A stretch of 64,000 nucleotides of DNA, taken from Candidatus Woesearchaeota archaeon (lineage in GTDB: Archaea > Nanobdellota > Nanobdellia > Woesearchaeales > JAZDKJ01). Under the pieces are notes generated by a model that was not told where the DNA came from, searched no databases, and saw nothing but the letters and a program-made list of their open reading frames with translations. The translations under genes and the position numbers were made by a program. Shown here one piece after another: positions 35,649-44,599 of the stretch (positions are counted from its first letter, which is position 1; every line of letters starts with the position of its first letter). The stretch spans positions 384,001-448,000 of the forward strand of contig JAZDKJ010000006.1 in the NCBI GenBank assembly GCA_043803105.1. Reading direction: 5' to 3'.

Positions 35649-37112
35649 ATGGCAGCAATGCGAGAAGAGAAGCAGAAGTATTTCAACAGGATGCAGGATA
35701 ATTTCCCGCAAGCACTCCTGGTTGGCTTCGCTGATTTGGATGCATCCAAAATACTGGCTGTCAACGTCTCACACCTCAACCAACATGGAGAAACCATAGA
35801 GACGACTCTCCAGCCATTAGCCTACCGCAAAGTGACTTGGACTCTTCCTAATGCAAAAGGTGAGTTGGAAGAGATGGGTTTGCGTTACGGAGACAATCCT
35901 GACCAAAAATCTGCTATGTTCAAATTAGTGGGAGGAAATCTTGCTCTTGCAGCCTGTAAGTTTGTTGGAGCAAATAACGGGCTTGTAAGTGCAATAACTG
36001 AGGCTGACATGATCCAAGCAGGTAAGCATCCAGGTAAAACAAACCTTACTGATGTGGATTCCGCGCTGAATATACTTAGGTATTTGGGTGAAAAACCGGC
36101 ATGCGCTATAATGAAGCACAACAATCCCTCCGGCTTAGCCTATGGAGGTTCTTCTGAAGTGACAGGTGCTGCCTTCGGGTCTGACGTCTCCGAAGCATAC
36201 AGGAAGGCAAATGATGCTGACAGGATAGCTGCTTTTGGTGGGGCTGCTGTTTTCAATAAGCCCATAGATACAGTCACAGCAGAAATGATTAATCGCAATT
36301 ACCTGGAGGTGGTCTGTGCCCCGGACTTTGAAAGAGGTGCTGTTGAAATCCTTAAGGGTAGGAAGAACTTGAGAATAATTCGCTTGGACAATATCAATCG
36401 CCTAGAGAATTATTCAACCACCCAGATTATTGATTTTAAGGCATTGATGGATGGTGGGTTCATAGTCCAGGAGTCCCAGGTGAATAAGGTTCGTTCATTG
36501 GCAGACCTGAAAAGAGCCAGTCACAAAGGTTATCAGACAGAACGGTGGCCCCCAGACCCCAACGAAGTTAGGGACATGATTTTTGGTGTGGCAGTAGAGT
36601 GTGGGGTTACATCAAACTCTGTCCTTTACGTTAAGGACGAAACAACAGTATCTGTTGGGACAGGTCAGCAGGACAGGCTTGATGTTACAGTCTATGCCAT
36701 AGCTAAAGCGTATAGAAAGCGCCGTGACAGGGAATGTTTCAAAGAGTTTGGTATTCCCTATCCAGCGCTTGAAACAATGATATTTCACAAAGAGCAAGGC
36801 ATAGACAGGGATTATGGAAGCACTGCGGTCAATAACGCTAACCTGAACGGAGTTGGTATGCTAAGAGAGTGGAAAAAAGAGATAGATGCAAGAGTCAACA
36901 GTATACATGGTGGATTGATTGGCGCGACAAAGGTTTCAGACGCTTTCTTCCCTGAGCCTGACGCCATCGATTACTCGCTTATGGAATTCATTTCCGCAGT
37001 TGTGCATCCCGAAGGTTCGGATAAGGATTGGGCTACCATTGATGCCTGCAATAAGGCTAAGCCGAGGCCAGTTATTGTGGCGCATACAACTCAGAGATTG
37101 TTCAAGCACTGA
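35649..37112 (+). CDS. purH: AICAR transformylase (PurH C-terminal domain only)
   Basis: LRYGDNPDQ, KHNNP, AAFGG, LEVVCAP, SNS, SDAFFP, RLFKH; no MGS-like cyclohydrolase domain recognised. Confidence 0.9.
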   Translation: MAAMREEKQKYFNRMQDNFPQALLVGFADLDASKILAVNVSHLNQHGETIETTLQPLAYRKVTWTLPNAKGELEEMGLRYGDNPDQKSAMFKLVGGNLALAACKFVGANNGLVSAITEADMIQAGKHPGKTNLTDVDSALNILRYLGEKPACAIMKHNNPSGLAYGGSSEVTGAAFGSDVSEAYRKANDADRIAAFGGAAVFNKPIDTVTAEMINRNYLEVVCAPDFERGAVEILKGRKNLRIIRLDNINRLENYSTTQIIDFKALMDGGFIVQESQVNKVRSLADLKRASHKGYQTERWPPDPNEVRDMIFGVAVECGVTSNSVLYVKDETTVSVGTGQQDRLDVTVYAIAKAYRKRRDRECFKEFGIPYPALETMIFHKEQGIDRDYGSTAVNNANLNGVGMLREWKKEIDARVNSIHGGLIGATKVSDAFFPEPDAIDYSLMEFISAVVHPEGSDKDWATIDACNKAKPRPVIVAHTTQRLFKH

Positions 37113-37114
37113 GA

Positions 37115-38071
37115 ATGTTAAACAACAAAACCCTCGAGTCAGCCCTGTCAATACTTGGCTCTCTTGGTCCAGGACCTGCCTGCCTTATCTATAATGATGG
37201 CATGCTCTCGAGTGCTGCATGCAGCATTTCTGCTGCTGACGCTTTCGAGAAGGCTCGTGATAGTTGCTGGACAGGAACCATTGCAGGCTCTGCATTCTTC
37301 AACAGGCCTCTGTGCTTGGACACAGCTAAAATGATTGAAGAGACTGATCTTCTTCAGGTGTACGCTCCTTCATTTGATGATAAGGCAGTGAAGGTTTTAG
37401 AGAAGAAGACGATGGTTCCAATAAACCTCAATAAAGCGCCAAACACAATTCAACTAATTTGCTTGAATAAGCGGAATAGTCAGTTGCGCACTTCTTTTTC
37501 TGCTCAGCAAAATGATTTGTACTTGGCCATTGCGTGCATGCAAGATACGCCATCCCGTGCCCTGGTATTAGCCAAGGAAAGCAAGACTGCCGCGATTGTT
37601 GCGTCTGAAACACTGGAGGATTGTGCTTTGCTTGCGTTGAGGGACGCAGGGAGAAACTATAAGAACATGATTTGTTACAATGATTACCATCTCTCCTATG
37701 ACTTTCTTGAAAGCAGCATCTCCTGCGTCGCCCTCAGAGTGATTACAGAGCCAGAGGCAATTGCCAAAATTGAGGATATACAAGCAAGGAGTAAGATCAT
37801 TGGTGGTGCTGTTAAGGTAGAAAAGCTTAGTGTAATGGACACCATAAACAAGCTTGCCAATCAAGACAGGTCGGGTCTTAATTACGCTGTTGCAGTCACC
37901 AAATGCGAATTTGACATGGCCACCCTTAGCTTTCTTGCTGACAAAGGCATAATTGCTGTGGCACAGCCAAGCCATAATCCTGAGATTGAAAAAGGATGCC
38001 GTAAATTAGACCTTACTTTGTTGCTCTATCACATTAATGAAAAGCCAAAATGCTGCGAGGTGCGAATATGA
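37115..38071 (+). CDS. degenerate paralog of the upstream AICAR transformylase
   Basis: Colinear similarity to 35649-37112 (ESALSIL..L...PACLI vs DSALNIL..L...PACAI; FNRPL vs FNKPI; APSFD vs APDFE) without KHNNP or SDAFFP. Confidence 0.75.
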   Translation: MLNNKTLESALSILGSLGPGPACLIYNDGMLSSAACSISAADAFEKARDSCWTGTIAGSAFFNRPLCLDTAKMIEETDLLQVYAPSFDDKAVKVLEKKTMVPINLNKAPNTIQLICLNKRNSQLRTSFSAQQNDLYLAIACMQDTPSRALVLAKESKTAAIVASETLEDCALLALRDAGRNYKNMICYNDYHLSYDFLESSISCVALRVITEPEAIAKIEDIQARSKIIGGAVKVEKLSVMDTINKLANQDRSGLNYAVAVTKCEFDMATLSFLADKGIIAVAQPSHNPEIEKGCRKLDLTLLLYHINEKPKCCEVRI

Positions 38072-39105
38072 ATGATAAAAAAGAATTTATGACTTACAAA
38101 GGTTCAGGTGTGGATGTTGAAAAAGGTGAGGCTGTTGCAAAAAATCTGGAGGAAGAATTGGGCTCGACTCTTAACGACCATGTGGTTCCAGGAAAGTCTG
38201 GATTCAAGAGGTTTTGGAGGGACGAAAATCATACTTATGTTGCAGGTGCTGACGGTGTTGGAACAAAGCTCAAGGTTGGATTCTTGCTAAAAAAGATTGA
38301 CACTGTAGGCATAGACCTGGTTGCAATGTGCATTAACGATATTGTCAGGGTGGGTGCAGAGCCAATGTTCTTTCTTGATTATCTTGCTACCGGTAAATTG
38401 GATGAAGGTGACCATCTTAAGATTGTCAGTGGAATCGTAGAAGGCTGCAGGCGTGCAGGGGTTCCTTTGCTGGGAGGCGAGACTGCTGAACTGCCAGGGT
38501 TCTACTCGCCTAAAGAATTTGATCTTGCAGGTTTTGCAGTTGGCAGAGCGAAACACCAAGATCTGATTGACGGCACCAATATAAAGGTTGGGGCTGCGCT
38601 TTTAGGCATTGAGTCATCAGGCCTGCACAGCAATGGCTACTCTTTGGCGAGAAAGGTGCTTATGGAAAAGCTAGGCCTTGGAATGTTTGATTATGTGGCC
38701 AAGCTTAGGTGCACAGTTGGACAAGAGCTGATAAGGTCAACCATCATCTACTCCAAGCCAGTTCTTGATCTACTGAGTCACTTTCCTGGCCAGGTTCAGG
38801 GAATGGCTCATGTTAGTGGAGGAGGTATGCCAAACAAGGTTCCAAAATGTTTTCCTGAAGGCTGCGGCGCAGTCATAAATGAGGGCAGCTGGCCTGTGCA
38901 TCAGATTTTCTCGTACATTGCAGAGAACGGCCCAGTTGCACCTGAGGAAATGAGAAGGACCTTCAACATGGGTATTGGTATGGTTATGGTAATAAACGAC
39001 AAGGGTGTGGTGCCAGAGATATCTTCGCTTTTGTTGGAAAGCCACAAACTCAAGAGTTATGACATAGGCAACATTGTTGCTGGCAGAGGATTGCAGTATA
39101 TCTAG
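38068..39105 (+). CDS. purM: phosphoribosylformylglycinamidine cyclo-ligase (AIR synthetase)
   Basis: TYKGSGVD, DGVGTKL, GIDLVAMCIND, GGETAE, SSGLHSNGYSL, TFNMGIG. Confidence 0.97.
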   Translation: MNDKKEFMTYKGSGVDVEKGEAVAKNLEEELGSTLNDHVVPGKSGFKRFWRDENHTYVAGADGVGTKLKVGFLLKKIDTVGIDLVAMCINDIVRVGAEPMFFLDYLATGKLDEGDHLKIVSGIVEGCRRAGVPLLGGETAELPGFYSPKEFDLAGFAVGRAKHQDLIDGTNIKVGAALLGIESSGLHSNGYSLARKVLMEKLGLGMFDYVAKLRCTVGQELIRSTIIYSKPVLDLLSHFPGQVQGMAHVSGGGMPNKVPKCFPEGCGAVINEGSWPVHQIFSYIAENGPVAPEEMRRTFNMGIGMVMVINDKGVVPEISSLLLESHKLKSYDIGNIVAGRGLQYI

Positions 39106-39144
39106 CACCAAACCTTTTTAAAGCAAGTGCCTTATCGGGCTTTT

Positions 39145-40134
39145 ATGTTCTTAGACAGATTGGGCAAGGTTGAGCACTCCAAGTTCTATGTAGAGCTTGC
39201 TATAAGGCACGCTAATGCGCGATGCAAGCTCTTGAAGCAGAAACTGCCTGTCAAGGAACGCCTGCTAAGGGAGAAAAAGGTTGGCTCTTACAGGCTGCAG
39301 ATGATTGACAAGTATTTGGGAGCAGAGCTTAACAGGCTCATAGCCTGCTTTCCAGACTTTGAGTCTATTCCTGTCTTCTACCTTGAGCTTGTCAAGCTCA
39401 CAACAGATTATGAGGCGACAACGTCAGCATTAAAAAAGCTTGATTGGCTGAGAAGAAGCACGCGCTCATTGGCTAAGGCATATATTGACAGGATTTCAAA
39501 ACGTAATGACATTAAATTTATTCTCTCCAGCGAGAAAGCATTTTATGGCAGGCTTTTCGGCTTAGCAAGGAAGGTCGACCCTAGCTTAGAAGTCCTTGAG
39601 ACGGTTAGGAAGGTCATGAGAGAATACCCTGTTGTAAAGACCTCGTTGTTCACTGTTGCTATTGCAGGCTTTCCAAATGTCGGCAAGACCACTCTGCTTT
39701 TCAAGCTGACAGGTTCACAGCCAGAGATAAAGAACTATGCCTTCACAACAAAAGGCATCAACACTGCTTACATGTCTTTTGAGTCAAGGAAGGTTCAGCT
39801 TCTTGACACCCCCGGCACTTTGGACAGGATTGAGAAGATGAACAATCTTGAAAAACAGTCTTTCCTTGCAATACAGCATCTTGCAAACTGCATAGTCTAT
39901 GTTTTTGATGTTACAGAATCTTATCCTCTTGATGACCAGATAAAGCTTTACCTCAGGTTAAAGGAGCTTGACAAGCCGATGATTGTGTATGCCTCAAAGA
40001 CTGACATTTCCAAGGATAACCTTGCACTGCTTTCAGATTATGAGCCGATCACTGACTTACAGATTCTTCAGGAAAAGTTGAAATCCTTGGCAGAAAAATC
40101 CGATATTCTGCCACCGCCATCTTCAGATTCTTAG
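39145..40134 (+). CDS. NOG1 family GTPase
   Basis: GFPNVGKTT, YAFTTKGI, DTPGTLDR..KMNNLE, SKTD. Confidence 0.92.
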   Translation: MFLDRLGKVEHSKFYVELAIRHANARCKLLKQKLPVKERLLREKKVGSYRLQMIDKYLGAELNRLIACFPDFESIPVFYLELVKLTTDYEATTSALKKLDWLRRSTRSLAKAYIDRISKRNDIKFILSSEKAFYGRLFGLARKVDPSLEVLETVRKVMREYPVVKTSLFTVAIAGFPNVGKTTLLFKLTGSQPEIKNYAFTTKGINTAYMSFESRKVQLLDTPGTLDRIEKMNNLEKQSFLAIQHLANCIVYVFDVTESYPLDDQIKLYLRLKELDKPMIVYASKTDISKDNLALLSDYEPITDLQILQEKLKSLAEKSDILPPPSSDS

Positions 40135-41187
40135 CCTCTCATCATCAATGTATATGGTTGGATTTCTGAAGACCTGGTCAAGGTGCGTGCTAGAATACAC
40201 GCTTCCTCCGAACCATTCGTTGCTTCCTATGGCTATATGAGCAGTGCCTAATGTTTTCTCATTAATTAGGTTTGGCCCCATTATCTTTGCGTTTGGGTTT
40301 ATGCCTATGCCAAGCTCCCCTATCCTTCTTGTTCCTGCAGGATTTTTCTTTTCTGCAGCACAAAGTGTTTTTTCAAGAAGCTCTGCCTCTTCCCCGCCTT
40401 TGATGCTTGTTATCTCTCCCCTGCTCACGTCCAGCACTATCGGTTCTCTGACAAGGATTGTCTGGTCTTTGATCTTTGCGGAGCCGTCGATTACAACTCG
40501 CCCGTCAACTCCCTTTCCGTTTGGTGCTATGTAAACCTCTCCTGCAGGGATGTTCCCTCCCGATCTCGGCTCATCATAGTTTGCAGTATTGGCTACAGCA
40601 TATTTCCTGCTTATGTCTATCGTCACGTCAGTTCCTGCAGGGCTTGTTACCCTTACTGTGTTCCCGTTGTCAAGCTTCTGCTTGATCAATGAGGCCCTCC
40701 TCTGCATTTCGCCGTAGTCAACATCTATCGCTGCCACCAGGGCGCCAAACTGTTTTGTTGTCAGTTCCTGCAAGCTCACTGTTGTTGCGAATTTATGTGC
40801 CTGAGACTTAGCATATCTCCTGAAGCTTTTGCCCAGCACTTTGGCGCTGCTCAACTTGCCGCTAATCGCTATGGCAAGTGCATTGCACTCATTGAACTCT
40901 GACAATGCCTTTACAAGAGGATCATCCTCTGTTGAGTGGATCTTTTTGGGCTCCTGTACAACAAGGCTGTACTTTAGCCCTAGTCTTTTTGCTGCCAGGA
41001 GATAGCATCCGGTCATGATGGCAGATGCTCGCCTGTCTTCATAGCCATAGTCTCCGATTATCAGGAGGTACTCCTTCCTTAGCCCAAGTGATTTTGTAAG
41101 AAGGGATTCAAATACAGGATAGTGCCGTTCTGCAACATGAAATAGGCTGTTTTCCTTTAGCCACTGCACAAATTCTTGGGGTGTCAT
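40123..41187 (-). CDS. aminopeptidase (M29/thermophilic metalloprotease family)
   Basis: GTD, GNIPAGEVYIAP, IGELGIGINP, EKTLGTAHIAIGSN..FGG, HLD. Confidence 0.9.
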   Translation of the reverse strand: MTPQEFVQWLKENSLFHVAERHYPVFESLLTKSLGLRKEYLLIIGDYGYEDRRASAIMTGCYLLAAKRLGLKYSLVVQEPKKIHSTEDDPLVKALSEFNECNALAIAISGKLSSAKVLGKSFRRYAKSQAHKFATTVSLQELTTKQFGALVAAIDVDYGEMQRRASLIKQKLDNGNTVRVTSPAGTDVTIDISRKYAVANTANYDEPRSGGNIPAGEVYIAPNGKGVDGRVVIDGSAKIKDQTILVREPIVLDVSRGEITSIKGGEEAELLEKTLCAAEKKNPAGTRRIGELGIGINPNAKIMGPNLINEKTLGTAHIAIGSNEWFGGSVYSSTHLDQVFRNPTIYIDDERLRI

Positions 41188-41296
41188 CTCTCTGCCTTTG
41201 TTCTGTGAGGGGGTTTTTATACTTTTTCCCAAAATTACAGTACACAACGTGCCCCGATTACAAAGGTTTTTAAAGACTCACAAATTTTTTTAACCT

Positions 41297-41587
41297 ATGA
41301 CCAAGCGCATAGGCAAGGGCCGAAAAGGCACCAGGCACATCTACAGGAAAAAGCCTGCTTTGCGTGGAAAGGTTCCTATAAGAAAGTTCATGCAGAAATT
41401 TGCTGTAGGAGACAAAGTGATGCTAAAGCTCGATCCTTTCTACCAGAAAGGTGTTTATTTCCCAAGGGTTCATTGTAAGGTCGGTGTAGTCAAAGGCAGC
41501 ACAGGCAGGTGCTATCGAGTGGAGATTTCTGACAGGAAAAAACAAAAGATTTTTATTGTCAATCCAGTTCATCTGAAGAAGGTGTAA
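41297..41587 (+). CDS. rpl21e: 50S ribosomal protein L21e
   Basis: RKGTR, FAVGDKV, KG...PR.H..VG.V, PVHLK. Confidence 0.95.
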   Translation: MTKRIGKGRKGTRHIYRKKPALRGKVPIRKFMQKFAVGDKVMLKLDPFYQKGVYFPRVHCKVGVVKGSTGRCYRVEISDRKKQKIFIVNPVHLKKV

Positions 41588-41589
41588 TT

Positions 41590-41940
41590 TTGGCAAGACT
41601 TGAAGTTTTCAGCGAAACTCCCATATCGTATTCTGTGCTAGCTTCTGAACTTAAGAGGATAAAGAAGCGCGACAAGGAATTGAGTTTTCGCGCCCTGAAG
41701 ACTGAGGAATACCTTCAGCAAATCATTGTTCTTGAAGAGGATAAGGCCAAGGAGTTATTGGAAAAGCTTAACAAGCTAAATGTCCCAAGGCTTAAGGAAA
41801 ACCACATGATAAAGCTCATTGACCTCCTGCCGACCTCACCCGAAGAGGTTAAGCTTATTCTCCAGGGATATACCATCACAGTCAATCAAGATAATCTGAA
41901 GAAGATTTCAAAGACATTTGAAGAGTTTATGGCCAAGTGA
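41590..41940 (+). CDS. rpoF: RNA polymerase subunit F (Rpo4)
   Basis: IKLIDLLPTSPEEVKLIL; conserved L21e-rpoF-DUF655 order. Confidence 0.9.
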   Translation: MARLEVFSETPISYSVLASELKRIKKRDKELSFRALKTEEYLQQIIVLEEDKAKELLEKLNKLNVPRLKENHMIKLIDLLPTSPEEVKLILQGYTITVNQDNLKKISKTFEEFMAK

Positions 41941-42029
41941 ATACTGCCATAAGGGGTTTTCTTGCTAGCTTTTAGCATAAGGTTTATATAGTCAGCCGGT
42001 TGTGATTCCTTGCAATTAGGGGGATTGTA

Positions 42030-42593
42030 ATGGAAAAGCAGACGATTAGAGAAGAGACAGCTGTAGTGTTAGACTCCCTGCCGAACGGCTATCCCTTTGA
42101 CACGCGCCCCAGCCACATCAAGACCCCTATAGTCCAGGCGCTTGGCAAGACTCATTTTTCCCTGCTCGAGCTTGTGCCCAAGAAGGGTGTTTCTATCAAG
42201 CCTAATGAGGATATTTACATCGGTGAGGGCAAGAGGGATAAGATACATCATATCCTCGGAAAGCTTCCATTTTCCAAGCTAACAAGTACCGCAAAGTCTG
42301 AGCTCGAGTTTGTTGTTGCAGACATAGTCGCGAAGGATGAGCAGCATTTCGTTGACTTCTTTAATACTGCTCAGCCCCTAACAATGAGGATGCACCAGCT
42401 TGAGCTTCTGCCAGGTGTGGGGAAGAAGCACATGTGGGAGATCCTGGCAAAGCGGGACGAGTTGAAGTTCGCAAGCTTTGACGACATCAAGTATAGGGTA
42501 AAGCTGATGCCTGACCCAAAGAAGACAATCGTCAAAAGGATTATCATAGAAATTGAAGGCTCGGAAAAGCATCATATTTTCATAGACTCATAA
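42030..42593 (+). CDS. DUF655 family RNA-binding protein
   Basis: QALG..HFSLLE, FVDFFN.AQPLT.RMHQLELLPGVGKKHM. Confidence 0.93.
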   Translation: MEKQTIREETAVVLDSLPNGYPFDTRPSHIKTPIVQALGKTHFSLLELVPKKGVSIKPNEDIYIGEGKRDKIHHILGKLPFSKLTSTAKSELEFVVADIVAKDEQHFVDFFNTAQPLTMRMHQLELLPGVGKKHMWEILAKRDELKFASFDDIKYRVKLMPDPKKTIVKRIIIEIEGSEKHHIFIDS

Positions 42594-42608
42594 AAAAAGA
42601 GGTGCAGT

Positions 42609-42998
42609 ATGGCAAATGAGAGTGTTGACGACTTGGAAGTTCCGCTCTTCCCACGTCCATCTGATAATATACCAAAACCTGGATTCTTTACAAAGCTTTT
42701 CAACAGACGCAAGACTGCAGAGCCTCAGCCAGAGCTGGCTGTGCCATCAGTAGTACCTCCTCAAGAGGAATCTAAAGCGCTTGAGGTAGTGCTCCCGCAG
42801 ATTAAGATGCTTGAGATCAACAGTCAGGCGTTGAAAAAAGAGGCAAAAAAGAAAGCTAAAAAGCAGGAGATAAAACCTCCGCTTGATGCAAAACAAGCTG
42901 CACTCCAGACCAAGATTAAGTCTTTTGATGAGGAGCTTTCCAGTATAAACACTGATATTGCAAAGCTTAACGATGAGCTGACAAAGACTAAGGTTTAA
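42609..42998 (+). CDS. hypothetical protein
   Basis: 129 aa; GAGGTG upstream; Pro/Lys-rich with coiled C-terminus. Confidence 0.65.
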   Translation: MANESVDDLEVPLFPRPSDNIPKPGFFTKLFNRRKTAEPQPELAVPSVVPPQEESKALEVVLPQIKMLEINSQALKKEAKKKAKKQEIKPPLDAKQAALQTKIKSFDEELSSINTDIAKLNDELTKTKV

Positions 42999-43062
42999 GG
43001 AAATAATATTGCATTATTGTACCTTCACGATAAATTTCTTCTGCAATATCTGCATAAATCAA

Positions 43063-43686
43063 TTATGAGAACAGTAGCCCTTTAAGGGCTCTGACAGTGC
43101 TTGCCTCAAAATCAGCCTTCACATTGTCAAACCTGTCCCACTTTGCAAGGACTGACTTAATCCTAAGCGTTTTGCAGGCAGTCACATCTTCTCTGCTATT
43201 GCCAATATAGCAGGTTGGCTTGCCGTATCTCGCAGTAAAACGCCTTAACAGGACTAGTTTTGAAGGTTTCTCGTGGAGTGGCTGCAGAAATACTATATCA
43301 AATAAGGCTCCAGATGCTTTCAACAAAGGTTTGACAACATCTTCTGGGGAAGTGGTCACTAAGGCTGTTCTGTATTTTTTCCTTAAGGTTTTCAGGAGTT
43401 GGGTCATATCCTTGACCAAAATGTCATGTTCTTGTGCTTTGCCCAGGAGAATCAGCTGGTAAAGGTTCCTTGCAAGCTTGACAAGGACTACCTTGTCTTG
43501 AATTCCAGTATATCTCTTTGTTATTGTAATTACTGATCCCATAAAATCTTTTTTCCCTGCAAGCCTAACTACCTTAGGGTCTTTGAGGAGTATTGACATT
43601 ATCCTGTACCAATCCTTGTGCGCCTCTTCGCTAATCGCCGACTTTATCGTTGTGCCGTCAAAGTCAAATGCTATTATTGGTTTCAT
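43063..43686 (-). CDS. HAD superfamily hydrolase
   Basis: FDFDGT, LVTTS, KPSK, YIGNSRED. Confidence 0.88.
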   Translation of the reverse strand: MKPIIAFDFDGTTIKSAISEEAHKDWYRIMSILLKDPKVVRLAGKKDFMGSVITITKRYTGIQDKVVLVKLARNLYQLILLGKAQEHDILVKDMTQLLKTLRKKYRTALVTTSPEDVVKPLLKASGALFDIVFLQPLHEKPSKLVLLRRFTARYGKPTCYIGNSREDVTACKTLRIKSVLAKWDRFDNVKADFEASTVRALKGLLFS

Positions 43687-44033
43687 TGCTTCTTTGCTTT
43701 TTTCTTTTTTGGCTGTTCCTCTTGTGCCGGTTGCTCGATGCTTGTCTCATCTGCTTTTTGGTCTTTTTTTTCATGTTCTTTTTCAAGCTCTTCCACATAG
43801 TTCACCTGCAGCTGTGTAATCGCACCTGACAGCAGGCTTTCTTCTGCCCTTGAAAGGTTTCCCCTGGTCTTTTTCTGCAGCATTACAAGAACATCTATTG
43901 TCTGTTTTGCAGCAGCAAGATTTTTTTCCTGTTTTCCCGTTATTGGATTGGCGATCTTTCCAAGAAGCATCCATGTGCTTCCTTGAAGCCCCATTACCAG
44001 CTGCATGAATTCTGATTCAAAATTTTCATCCAT
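43683..44033 (-). CDS. DUF1844 family protein
   Basis: LGKIANPITG...NL.AAKQTIDVL.MLQKKTRGNL...E..LL. Confidence 0.85.
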   Translation of the reverse strand: MDENFESEFMQLVMGLQGSTWMLLGKIANPITGKQEKNLAAAKQTIDVLVMLQKKTRGNLSRAEESLLSGAITQLQVNYVEELEKEHEKKDQKADETSIEQPAQEEQPKKKKAKKQ

Positions 44034-44156
44034 CTTATCACCCCGGGATGATGGTCTTTGCATTCATATTTAAGATTTGTTGCAAAAGTCAAGTTTTATA
44101 AACCATTCAAGAAACCTTGACCTCGCTGAGTCATACTGGCTCGGGAGGTAACACCT

Positions 44157-44549
44157 ATGGCTGAATTCAAGCTTGTTTTGTCAACAAAGGATGGCAAGAG
44201 CCACCAACGTGATGTTAAAGATACAGAGGCTAGGCCCTTTCTTGGAAAAAAGATTGGCGATGCTGTAAAGGGAGATGATTTTGGTCTTGCAGGATATGAG
44301 GTCCAAATTTCTGGAGGCTCAGACTTCTGTGGCTTTCCTATGCGCCATGACGTGCAGGGTACCGGAAGGAAAAGGATTCTTGCTGTGGCTGGCGTTGGGA
44401 TAAGGAAGAAGGCTAAGGGTATTCGCCAGAGAAAGACTGTCTGCGGTAACACTATTCACGGAAAGATTGCCCAGATTAATCTTAAGGTAACAAAGGAAGG
44501 AAAAGAGCCTTTGGCAAAGCCTGGGGAAAAAGCAGAAAAGAAAGATTGA
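44157..44549 (+). CDS. rps6e: 30S ribosomal protein S6e
   Basis: GKKIGD, ISGGSD..GFPMR.DV.G, RKTVCGN.I...IAQIN. Confidence 0.96.
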   Translation: MAEFKLVLSTKDGKSHQRDVKDTEARPFLGKKIGDAVKGDDFGLAGYEVQISGGSDFCGFPMRHDVQGTGRKRILAVAGVGIRKKAKGIRQRKTVCGNTIHGKIAQINLKVTKEGKEPLAKPGEKAEKKD

Positions 44550-44599
44550 TTCTGTTGCCAGGCAACTAGGATTGCTCCCTTCACGGTTATGGTGGTGCT

